Of a stretch of 35,483 nt of DNA, positions 1 to 8,518 are shown piece after piece. The stretch lies in NCBI GenBank assembly GCA_937881255.1, contig CALGFH010000011.1, positions 1-35,483 of the forward strand. Direction: 5' to 3'. A program made the position numbers and the translations under genes. Below the pieces are notes generated by a model. The model was not told where the DNA came from, made no database searches, and saw only the letters and a program-made list of their open reading frames with translations. Source of the DNA: an uncultured Actinomycetes bacterium (lineage in GTDB: Bacteria > Actinomycetota > CALGFH01). Within the stretch, counting starts at the first letter, position 1. Each line of letters starts with the position of its first letter.

Positions 1-1
1 C

Positions 2-1333
2 CGGCTGCCGGCGGCGGCGGCCCGCCGGGTGGCCAGCCTGTGCCGGGGGGCCGCGGCCAACCTGGTCGCGGTCTGCGGGGCCACCACCACCCTCGGCCCG
101 GCCGTGGTCGCCCAGGCCGCCGACCAGGCCAGCGGGGTCGAGGACCTGCTGGCCCACCTGGCCGCCGGCTGGCTGGCCGGGACGGGGGAAGAGGGGCACC
201 GGGCCCTGGCCCTCGCCCTTGAGGTCGGCTACAGCCACCCGGCCCTGTCGGCGGCGGTGCTGGGCCGGTCGGACGACCCGCCGGCCGGGCCCTGGCTGCA
301 GCCGCTGGCCGACGGCTGGTCGACCCTCCGGACGGGCTGGCGCGACCCGCTCCGGGCCGCCCTGGCCCCGGACCGGCCGCTGGGGGCCGAGACCGTCCAC
401 CGGGCGGCCGACTACCTGGTCGACCGGGGCGCCGCCGAGCGCGCCGTCCCCCTCTACCTGGAGCTGGAGGACGAGGCCTGCGCCACCGGGGCGGCCGCCG
501 GGCCGGTCACCACCCTGGCCCCGCCGCTCGGCCACGGCCGCCCGCTGGGGGAGCCGGACGGGCACCTGCTCACCGTCCACCTGCTCGGCCAGCTCGAGGT
601 CCGCCTGGACGGCGTGGCCGTGGACGGCTGGCCCAGCGGCCGCGGGCGCTCGCTGCTCAAGTACCTGGTCACCCACCGCGACCCGTGGCCGCGGCGGGAG
701 CAGCTGATGGAGGCGTTCTGGCCCGAGGCGGCCCCGGCCGCGGCTCGCAACAGCCTGAACGTGGCCGTCCACGGGCTGCGGCGGGCCTTCCGGGACAGCG
801 CCGGGGCCAGCGCCGGGGTCCAGGTGGTGGTCCTGGAGGACAGCGCCTACCGGCTCGGCCCGGGCGTGGCCCTGTGGCTGGACACCGACGAGTTCGAGCT
901 GCAGGTGGCCGGCGGCCGCCGCCGGGAGGCGGCCGGCGACCTGGCCGGCGCGGCCGCCGCCTACGAGCGCGCCCTCGCCCTCTACCAGGGCGACTTCCTG
1001 GCCGACGACCCGTACGAGGACTGGCCGGTGACGACCAGGGAGCAGCTGCTGCTGGCCTACCTGGACGTGCTCGACCGGCTCAGCGGCCTGTTCTTCGGCC
1101 AGCACCAGTACGGCGCCTGCGTCGCCCTGTGCCGGCTGCTGGTGGAGCGCGACCCCTGCCGCGAGGACGCCCACCGCCGCCTGATGCGCTGCTTCACCCG
1201 CCAGGGCCAGCCGCACCTGGCCCTGCGCCAGTACCAGGCCTGCGCCGACGCCCTCGCCCAGGACCTGGGGGTCGACCCCGACCCGGCCACCGTCTCGCTG
1301 GCCCAGCAGGTCCGCTGGCACCAGCCGGTCTGA
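2..1333 (+). CDS. SARP-type transcriptional activator (OmpR-like winged helix + BTAD at the C-terminus); 5' end runs off the window
   Basis: The frame is open from the window edge to TGA 1331-1333. The wHTH region reads LLGQLEVRLDG...RSLLKYLV...REQLMEAFWPE...ARNSLNVAVHGLRRAF. The BTAD region reads AYERALALYQGDFLADDPYEDW...REDAHRRLMRCFTRQGQPHLALRQYQACADALAQDLGVDP. Confidence 0.8.
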   Translation, partial: RLPAAAARRVASLCRGAAANLVAVCGATTTLGPAVVAQAADQASGVEDLLAHLAAGWLAGTGEEGHRALALALEVGYSHPALSAAVLGRSDDPPAGPWLQPLADGWSTLRTGWRDPLRAALAPDRPLGAETVHRAADYLVDRGAAERAVPLYLELEDEACATGAAAGPVTTLAPPLGHGRPLGEPDGHLLTVHLLGQLEVRLDGVAVDGWPSGRGRSLLKYLVTHRDPWPRREQLMEAFWPEAAPAAARNSLNVAVHGLRRAFRDSAGASAGVQVVVLEDSAYRLGPGVALWLDTDEFELQVAGGRRREAAGDLAGAAAAYERALALYQGDFLADDPYEDWPVTTREQLLLAYLDVLDRLSGLFFGQHQYGACVALCRLLVERDPCREDAHRRLMRCFTRQGQPHLALRQYQACADALAQDLGVDPDPATVSLAQQVRWHQPV

Positions 1334-1358
1334 GAATTAATCTCCCCGCGATCGCGGC

Positions 1359-1387
1359 TAAGCGGGAGTTAAGCGCCGATTAAGCCG
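1359..1387 (+). promoter_or_regulatory. Three direct heptamer repeats TAAGCGG / TAAGCGC / TAAGCCG with exact 11-bp phasing (candidate SARP box)
   Basis: The repeats start at 1359, 1370 and 1381. They sit in the least GC-rich intergenic stretch, 26 bp after the SARP stop and about 58 bp before ATG 1445. Phased heptamer direct repeats are the known SARP operator architecture. No convincing -10 hexamer was found. Confidence 0.5.
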
Positions 1388-1444
1388 CGACTGGGATCGT
1401 TGTCATGCGCGCACACACCGCACCATCGTCCAGGGAGGACGCAC

Positions 1445-1879
1445 ATGCCACAGGCCAACGACGCCGAACTGACCGAGCTCTACACCTCCGCCCCGGGCCT
1501 CGACGTCGAGGACAGCGAGCCCAACACCGGCGCCCCCGGTGGCAACCCGACCGCCAACTTCCAGCTGCACCTCGAGGCCGTGGCCGGCAACGTCATCGGC
1601 AACGGCGGCGGCAACTACCGCCTCGAGATCACCTGCATCGACGAGACCCTGGCCGCGCCCAACGCCAGCATGAGCCCGGGCGTGCTCAACCAGCAGTTCC
1701 TCTCCGGCGACGGCTGGCAGGCCGGCGGCCCGGCCGGGAACTTCCTCAAGGAGCAGGTCTTCAACATCAACGTCGACAACAACGCCCGCGGCCACGTGCT
1801 GCGCTACGTCGCCACCATGGTGAGCGCCGGCCGGGACGTCGTCTCCTTCATCGAGAGCAACCGGTTCATCCTGGTCTAG
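1445..1879 (+). CDS. Orphan protein, paralog A (144 aa), unknown family
   Basis: ATG 1445 is preceded by GGGAGGA (1433-1439). Codons are mostly G/C-ending. It is clearly homologous to the next gene: ANDAELTELYT vs ANDARIVRLFT, GNVIGNGGGNYRLEI vs GGVLGNSGANYTLTF, and C-terminus SFIESNRFILV vs SFAQSNPFLLV. Confidence 0.7.
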   Translation: MPQANDAELTELYTSAPGLDVEDSEPNTGAPGGNPTANFQLHLEAVAGNVIGNGGGNYRLEITCIDETLAAPNASMSPGVLNQQFLSGDGWQAGGPAGNFLKEQVFNINVDNNARGHVLRYVATMVSAGRDVVSFIESNRFILV

Positions 1880-1913
1880 CCCTCGGCCCGACTCCGAACC
1901 CGACCCGTCGACA

Positions 1914-1944
1914 GGGAGCGCCCGCGCCAGCCGCGGGCGCTCCC
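1914..1944 (+). other. Perfect 13-bp GC-rich stem-loop between the two paralog genes (possible attenuator or mRNA-stabilising hairpin)
   Basis: GGGAGCGCCCGCG (1914-1926), loop CCAGC, then CGCGGGCGCTCCC (1932-1944). No U-tract follows. The RBS GGAGGGG (1955-1961) and ATG 1965 lie immediately downstream. Confidence 0.45.
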
Positions 1945-1964
1945 CCTGCTGCCCGGAGGGGCCC

Positions 1965-2408
1965 ATGAACGCCAACGACGCGCGCATCGTGCGGCTGTTC
2001 ACCGCGCAGGTCGACGGCACCGTCGAGGACAACACCCCCAACGCCAACGCCCAGGTGCCCGACCACTTCGACCTGATCCTCCAGGCCGAGGTGGGCGGGG
2101 TCCTGGGCAACAGCGGGGCCAACTACACCCTGACCTTCGCCGCCATCAACGACGACATGGTGACCCGCCAGGTGTCCCTCAACCCGCCGGGCAACCCGTT
2201 CAAGGAGGAGTGGAACCTCGGCTGCGGCTGGATCCGGAGCGGCAACGACTTCGTCAAGACCGGCCCCGGCGAGGCCGACGGCATCATGCGCTACCGGATC
2301 GCCATCCCCCCCGGCCTGAGCGGCGCCTTCCACTACAACGTCCGCCTGGTGTCCGAGAACTTCCAGGTCACCTCCTTCGCGCAGAGCAACCCGTTCCTGC
2401 TCGTGTGA
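1965..2408 (+). CDS. Orphan protein, paralog B (147 aa), unknown family
   Basis: ATG 1965 has the RBS GGAGGGG upstream. It is homologous over its full length to the 1445-1879 product. The two share the C-terminal tail SN(R/P)F(I/L)LV. Confidence 0.7.
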   Translation: MNANDARIVRLFTAQVDGTVEDNTPNANAQVPDHFDLILQAEVGGVLGNSGANYTLTFAAINDDMVTRQVSLNPPGNPFKEEWNLGCGWIRSGNDFVKTGPGEADGIMRYRIAIPPGLSGAFHYNVRLVSENFQVTSFAQSNPFLLV

Positions 2409-2479
2409 CCCGCCCGGATAGGGGCGTGCGGATCCTGGGTACATCCCAGCCCAGGATGCGCGCGAGAAAGGATCCCCCG

Positions 2480-2764
2480 ATGGGCGCACCTCCCCCCCAC
2501 GAGATGGTCCACCAGGGCACCGACGCGTCCGGGATGGAGGAGTGGCGCTGCCCGGAGTGCGGGCGCCACTTCGTCGTCCGCTGGCCACCCGACTTCGAGC
2601 GGCTGGTGCTGGCCGAGGGCGACGGCGACGCCGTCCACGTCGGGGCCAAGGGCGAGCCCGGCCTCACCGGGATCCAGGTGACCCCGGCCGCCGGCGACGC
2701 CGAGGACGAGTGGCGCGCCTGGCTGCGCGACAACGGCATCGACTGGGACGGCCAGGTCGCCTGA
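2480..2764 (+). CDS. Small hypothetical protein (94 aa) with a single CPEC motif
   Basis: ATG 2480 is preceded by AAAGGA. Codons are strongly G/C-ending. The translation reads MGAPPPHEMVHQGTDASGMEEWRCPECGRHFVVRWPPDFERL.... The upstream part of the track ORF (2210-2479) overlaps paralog B and is Arg-rich. Confidence 0.5.
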   Translation: MGAPPPHEMVHQGTDASGMEEWRCPECGRHFVVRWPPDFERLVLAEGDGDAVHVGAKGEPGLTGIQVTPAAGDAEDEWRAWLRDNGIDWDGQVA

Positions 2765-2767
2765 GGC

Positions 2768-4192
<1,425 letters not shown>

Positions 4193-4262
4193 GCCACCGA
4201 TTATCCACCTGGTCCACCGGCGGGCGCGGTCCGCGACCGGGCTGTCGGCCGCGGCTGCTACG

Positions 4263-4649
4263 GTGCTGCCCGTGGACGAACTCGAGGCGCGACGCGACCG
4301 GCTGGTGCGCTTGTGCCGCACCCTTCCCGAGGCCACCGTCACCGCCCACGACCGGCACCTCGGCTTCCAGGTCCGCGGCCGCACCTTCGCCTGGTTCGTC
4401 GACGACGAGCACGGCGACGGCCGGGTGGCGGTCCTCTGCAAGGCCCCCGAGGGGGAGAACGGCGCCCTCGTCGCCTCCGACCCGCACCGCTTCTACCTGC
4501 CCAGGTACGTCGGCAAGCGCGGCTGGGTGGGGCTGCGCCTCGACCTCCAGGACGTCGACTGGGGCGAGGTCGCCGAGCTGGTCGCCGACAGCTACCGGCT
4601 GGTCGCCCCCAGGCGCCTGGCCGGTCTGGTCGATCAGTCCCTCGCCTGA
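4263..4649 (+). CDS. MmcQ/YjbR-family protein
   Basis: RLCRTLPEATVTAHDRHLGFQVRGRTFAWF...VLCKAPEGE...GKRGWVGLRLD...WGEVAELVADSYRLVAP matches the YjbR-type pattern. The GTG 4263 start is inferred. Confidence 0.6.
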   Translation: MLPVDELEARRDRLVRLCRTLPEATVTAHDRHLGFQVRGRTFAWFVDDEHGDGRVAVLCKAPEGENGALVASDPHRFYLPRYVGKRGWVGLRLDLQDVDWGEVAELVADSYRLVAPRRLAGLVDQSLA

Positions 4650-4701
4650 GCTACACTGCCGCGGTGCTTCCCCTTCCCGGGGTTTCTGGTTACGCTCCGG
4701 G

Positions 4702-4717
4702 TAGAACGTGTGTTCGT
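4702..4717 (+). promoter_or_regulatory. LexA (SOS/Cheo-type) box TAGAACGTGTGTTCGT
   Basis: The GAAC-N4-GTTC core is perfect. The site matches 10 of 12 defined positions of the actinobacterial consensus TCGAAC-N4-GTTCGA. It overlaps the first candidate start (GTG 4710) of nurA. A TANNNT hexamer, TACGCT, lies at 4691-4696 just upstream. Confidence 0.55.
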
Positions 4718-5768
4718 TCGGGTGCGGTGGAGGGGAGGCACGCTGCTCGTCGAGGACTACGCCGACCGGGTGCGGCTGGCCGCCGGCTACCTCAGCCGGC
4801 TGCTCGCCGACGCCGGGACCAGGGTCGACAACCCGGCCGACGAGCCGGTCGGCCCCGAGGACGCCGCCGCCCTTGAGCTGACCGACGACGCCCCGCTGCA
4901 CCAGTTCGGCTGCGACCCGGCCCCCGGGGTGACCGCGGCCGCGGTCGACGGCGGCTCGGCCTGCCTGCTCAACGGGCGCAGCTTCTGGCTGGTCGCCTAC
5001 CGGGCCGGGACGGTCTGGCACCGCGACCGCGACACCTTCGCCACCGACACCGACCCGCTGCAGCTGCGTGCCCTCACCCAGACCGACGCCAAGGCGGCCT
5101 ACGCCGAGGCCCTGGCCCTGGCCGGGGTCAAGCGGGAGCGGGACCTGGCCGACCTCGGCGGGGTGGTCGACGTGCTCCGCGAGCTGGCCGAGTGGCGCCG
5201 CACCGCCGAGGCGGTCGCGGCCGCCCGCCCGGGCGACCTGGTGCTGGTCGACGGCAGCCTCCACCCGGGCCCGTTCCTGCCCGCCGGGCTGGTCGAGCCG
5301 GTCCACGAGCTGGCCCGCGAGCGCCAGGTCGACCTGGTCGGGGTGACCAAGGCGTCCAAGCTCCGCTGGGGCCGCTACGCCCCCCTGGTGCTGCGGGTGC
5401 GGCGCCGGGCCGAGGGCGAGCTCGGCACCGAGGCCCGCTGGTACCTGCGGGTCACCGGCCCCGAGGACCCCTCCGAGGTGTACGTGGCCCGCCTGGCCCG
5501 GGCCGGGGCCTACGCCTTCCGGGTCGACGCCGTCCGCGGCGCCCGCGACCCCGGCGAGCTGTTCGCGGTGCTGGCCGGGCTGTCGGACGACCCGGCCTTC
5601 CTCGGCTACCCCTACCCGCTGGCCGCCGTCCACCGGGTCGTCTCGCTGCCCGGCCCGATGCTGGCCGACCTGCGCCGCGACCTGCGCGAGGCGTTCCTGC
5701 GCGAAGGCCTGTCCGAGGACGACGTCGACCTGGTGATGCGCGACTTCCACCTGACCCTGAACGCCTGA
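4710..5768 (+). CDS. nurA: NurA-family 5'-3' nuclease
   Basis: Motifs AAVDGGSA, LVLVDGSLHP, GVTKASKL and GYPYPLAAVHRV are typical of the NurA fold. The gene lies immediately upstream of a HerA-type ATPase. The start could be GTG 4710 or GTG 4722. Confidence 0.7.
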   Translation: MFVRVRWRGGTLLVEDYADRVRLAAGYLSRLLADAGTRVDNPADEPVGPEDAAALELTDDAPLHQFGCDPAPGVTAAAVDGGSACLLNGRSFWLVAYRAGTVWHRDRDTFATDTDPLQLRALTQTDAKAAYAEALALAGVKRERDLADLGGVVDVLRELAEWRRTAEAVAAARPGDLVLVDGSLHPGPFLPAGLVEPVHELARERQVDLVGVTKASKLRWGRYAPLVLRVRRRAEGELGTEARWYLRVTGPEDPSEVYVARLARAGAYAFRVDAVRGARDPGELFAVLAGLSDDPAFLGYPYPLAAVHRVVSLPGPMLADLRRDLREAFLREGLSEDDVDLVMRDFHLTLNA

Positions 5769-5794
5769 GCCCGACCACGGGGGACCTCGAGACC

Positions 5795-7363
5795 ATGCCG
5801 GACTACAAGGGACGCATCTTCGGACGCTCCGTGCTCGACGTGCGCTTCCGGGCCTTCTACGGCGAGGACCTGTTCCTGGGCGAGCTGCTGGCCGGGGACG
5901 ACCCGGAGCGAGGCCGCCGCTACCTGTTCCGGGTCACCGACGTCGCCTACGGCTCGGAGTCCTCGGACGCCGGCTGGGCCGAGCGCACCGCCGGCGGGCT
6001 GATGGCCATGGACCAGGTGGGCGAGGCCACCACCCTGCGCGACTTCGAGAAGCGGCTCTACAAGGTGGCCGAGGTCGTCCCCCTCGGCTACGTCGACGCC
6101 AAGGGCTTCCACAAGCCCAAGAGCCTCCCGGCCCAGTTCGCCGCCGTGTCCGCCCCCACCGACACCGACCTGGCCTTCCTGCGCGAGCGGATGGGCGACG
6201 TCGAGGTCGGGCGGCTGCGCTCGGGCGAGGACACCATCGACCTGCCGGTCGGCATCCGCGGCGAGACCCTGCCCAGCCACGTGGGCGTGTTCGCCACCAC
6301 CGGCATGGGCAAGAGCAACCTGATGAAGGTCCTGGCCGGCCAGCTCCTGGCCGCCCACGGCCGCTACGCGATGCTGCTGTTCGACCCCCACGGCGAGTAC
6401 CTGGAGGGCGGGGCGGCCGGCCGGCGGGGCCTGGCCCACCACCCATGGGCCACTCAGCGGCTGCGGGTCTACTCGCCCAGCCCCCGGGCCGGCCAGGCCA
6501 GCCTGCTGCGGCTGTCGCTGGCCGAGCTGACCGTGGACGACCTGCGCACCGCCTGGAAGTTCAGCGGCCCCCAGTCCGAGGCCCTGGAGAGCGCCTATGC
6601 CCTGCTCGGGGACAAGGGGGTGTGGCTGACCCGACTGGCCGAGGACGACCCCGAGGACCTCAAGGACGCCGAGCTGGGCCGCCACGCCCTGGCCACCATC
6701 CAGGTCCTGTCCAGGCGGGCCAAGCGGATCGTGCGCCTGCCCCTGATGACCGACGACCCCAGCCAGTCGCTCACCGGCAAGGTCCTGGACGACCTGGCCG
6801 CCGGCAAGGTGGTGCTGGTCGACACCTCGGGCCTGGAGGCGGTCGAGGAGACCCTGGTCGCCTCCCTGCTCACCCGCAGCCTGCTCGACGAGCGGGCGAA
6901 CGCCTACCGCAACGAGCGGGAGCGGTTCGGGCAGCTGCCCCGGACCCTGGTCGCCCTCGAGGAGGCCCAGCGGGTCCTGACCCGCCTCGACGACGCCGAG
7001 TTCAACGTCTTCCCGCGCCTGGCCCGGGAGGGCCGCAAGTTCAACGTCGGCCTGTGCGCCGTCACCCAGCAGCCCAAGCTGATCGACCCCGAGCTGCTCA
7101 GCCAGTTCAACACCTACTTCGTGCTCGGCCTGGCCGACGAGCGCGACCGCAACACCCTGCGGTCCTCCTCCAAGCAGGACCTGTCCGACCTTGGGGCCGA
7201 GATCCAGACCCTGATGCCCGGGGAGGCCCTGGTCACCAACCCCGAGGCCCCCTTCGCCCTGCCGGCCCGGGTCCACCTGTACGAGGAGTGGCTGGCCACC
7301 GTCCCCGTCCCCGAGGCTCCCCGGGAGCGGCCGGCCGAGGCCATGTCGGGGTTCTACGAGTGA
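5795..7363 (+). CDS. herA: HerA-type (FtsK/HerA superfamily, DUF87) hexameric ATPase/translocase
   Basis: ATG 5795. The N-terminal segment YLFRVTDVAYGSE is barrel-like. Walker A is GVFATTGMGKSN, the Walker B-like motif is LVALEEAQ, and REGRKFNVGLCAVTQQP follows. The upstream part of the track ORF (5192-5794) is Arg/Pro-rich and overlaps nurA. Confidence 0.8.
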   Translation: MPDYKGRIFGRSVLDVRFRAFYGEDLFLGELLAGDDPERGRRYLFRVTDVAYGSESSDAGWAERTAGGLMAMDQVGEATTLRDFEKRLYKVAEVVPLGYVDAKGFHKPKSLPAQFAAVSAPTDTDLAFLRERMGDVEVGRLRSGEDTIDLPVGIRGETLPSHVGVFATTGMGKSNLMKVLAGQLLAAHGRYAMLLFDPHGEYLEGGAAGRRGLAHHPWATQRLRVYSPSPRAGQASLLRLSLAELTVDDLRTAWKFSGPQSEALESAYALLGDKGVWLTRLAEDDPEDLKDAELGRHALATIQVLSRRAKRIVRLPLMTDDPSQSLTGKVLDDLAAGKVVLVDTSGLEAVEETLVASLLTRSLLDERANAYRNERERFGQLPRTLVALEEAQRVLTRLDDAEFNVFPRLAREGRKFNVGLCAVTQQPKLIDPELLSQFNTYFVLGLADERDRNTLRSSSKQDLSDLGAEIQTLMPGEALVTNPEAPFALPARVHLYEEWLATVPVPEAPRERPAEAMSGFYE

Positions 7364-8514
7364 GCCGGCTGGTCGCCATCGCCGACGCCCACCTGGGGCG
7401 GGCCCACTACCAGGCCGTCGACCCCAACGGGCTCAACCAGCGGGAGGTCGACTTCGCCGCCTCCTGGCACCGGGCCGTGGAGGCCGCCCTCGGGCTCGAC
7501 CCGGACGCGGTGCTGATCCTCGGCGACCTGTTCGACGCCCCCCGGCCCACCTACCGGGCGTTCCGGGAAGGGGCCAGGGGCCTGCGCACCCTGGCCGAGG
7601 CGGGCGTGCCCACCCTGGCCATCTCCGGCAACCACGACACCCCGCGGCTGCGCGAGTCCGGGTCGCCCTATGCCGTGCTGGCCGACGCCTTCCCCAGCCT
7701 GCGGTTCGTCTACCGGGGCGGGTACGAGCCGGTCGACCTGCTGGACGGGCTGCGGGTCCACGCCGTGCCCCAGTGCACCGACGACCTGGCCCTCAAGGAC
7801 CAGATCGCCACCGCAGCCCAGGCCCGCTCCGGCGACCACCTGAACCTGCTCGTCACCCACGCCGCCGTGACCGTGCTGGCCCGCCGCTACACCTACGGCG
7901 ACGTCAACGAGCTCGAGATCGACCTGTCCACCCTGGACGCCGGCTTCGACCGGATCCTGCTCGGCCACTTCCACAACTTCGCCCGGGTCGCCCCCAACGC
8001 CTGGTACCCCGGCTCCACCGACACCTTCAGCTTCAAGGACCTGCCCCAGCACGACGAGCCGGCGGTCAAGGGCCTGCTCAGCCTGGACACCACCTCCGGG
8101 ACCGTCCGCCACCACCCGGTCCCGGGGGGCCGGCCCCTGCGCAGCTACCGCCTGGACGCCTTCGACCTGACCGCCCCCGAGGTCTACGAGGCCGCCGCCG
8201 GCCTGGCCACCCTGGAGGACACCGAGGGCGCGGTGGTCCGGCTGTTCGTCAACCGGGCCCGCCCCGAGCTGCGCCGCCTGCTCGACCGCCGCCAGCTCGC
8301 CGCCGACGCCTTCGCCGGCGCCCTGGTCGTGACCGTCCAGGTCGAGACCGACGAGGACGAGCAGGCGGCCCAGCTGGCCGCCCAGCCCGTGACCAGCCTG
8401 GCCGACGAGTGGGACCGCTACCTGGCCTCGGTCCCCATCGAAGGCTACGACCGCGACCGGCTGGCCGGCATGGGCCGCGCCTTCCTCCAGCAGGTCGAGG
8501 AGGAGGCCCGCTAG
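7360..8514 (+). CDS. mre11: Mre11/SbcD-family metallophosphoesterase nuclease
   Basis: The GTG 7360 start overlaps the herA stop as GTGA. The phosphoesterase motifs are IADAHLG, LGDLFD, ISGNHDTP, LVTHAAV and GHFHN. Confidence 0.8.
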   Translation: MSRLVAIADAHLGRAHYQAVDPNGLNQREVDFAASWHRAVEAALGLDPDAVLILGDLFDAPRPTYRAFREGARGLRTLAEAGVPTLAISGNHDTPRLRESGSPYAVLADAFPSLRFVYRGGYEPVDLLDGLRVHAVPQCTDDLALKDQIATAAQARSGDHLNLLVTHAAVTVLARRYTYGDVNELEIDLSTLDAGFDRILLGHFHNFARVAPNAWYPGSTDTFSFKDLPQHDEPAVKGLLSLDTTSGTVRHHPVPGGRPLRSYRLDAFDLTAPEVYEAAAGLATLEDTEGAVVRLFVNRARPELRRLLDRRQLAADAFAGALVVTVQVETDEDEQAAQLAAQPVTSLADEWDRYLASVPIEGYDRDRLAGMGRAFLQQVEEEAR

Positions 8515-8518
8515 CCCC

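Noticed and set aside
1346-1357. Perfect 12-nt palindrome CCGCGATCGCGG just after the SARP stop, as a possible terminator or operator
   Set aside because: It is too short and has no loop or U-tract to call a terminator. GC-rich palindromes of this size are expected by chance in this composition. It is noted only as context for the heptamer repeats.
2428-2461. Imperfect hairpin (ATCCTGGG...CCCAGGAT, with an alternative CTGGG/CCCAG inner stem) after paralog B
   Set aside because: It has an 8-bp stem with a 10-nt loop and a mismatch in the extension, and no U-tract. It might be a weak terminator but is not supportable as a feature.
5192-5794. N-terminal extensions of track ORFs (5192 for herA, 6445 for mre11, 15350 for the cyclase, 26379 for the ECF42 sigma, 12882 and 13964 for the AlkD-like gene and otsB, 19608-21500 for pepA)
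   Set aside because: The extensions are Arg/Pro-rich and overlap the preceding real gene. Internal starts with an RBS or a 4-nt stop/start overlap give proteins that begin where family homology begins.
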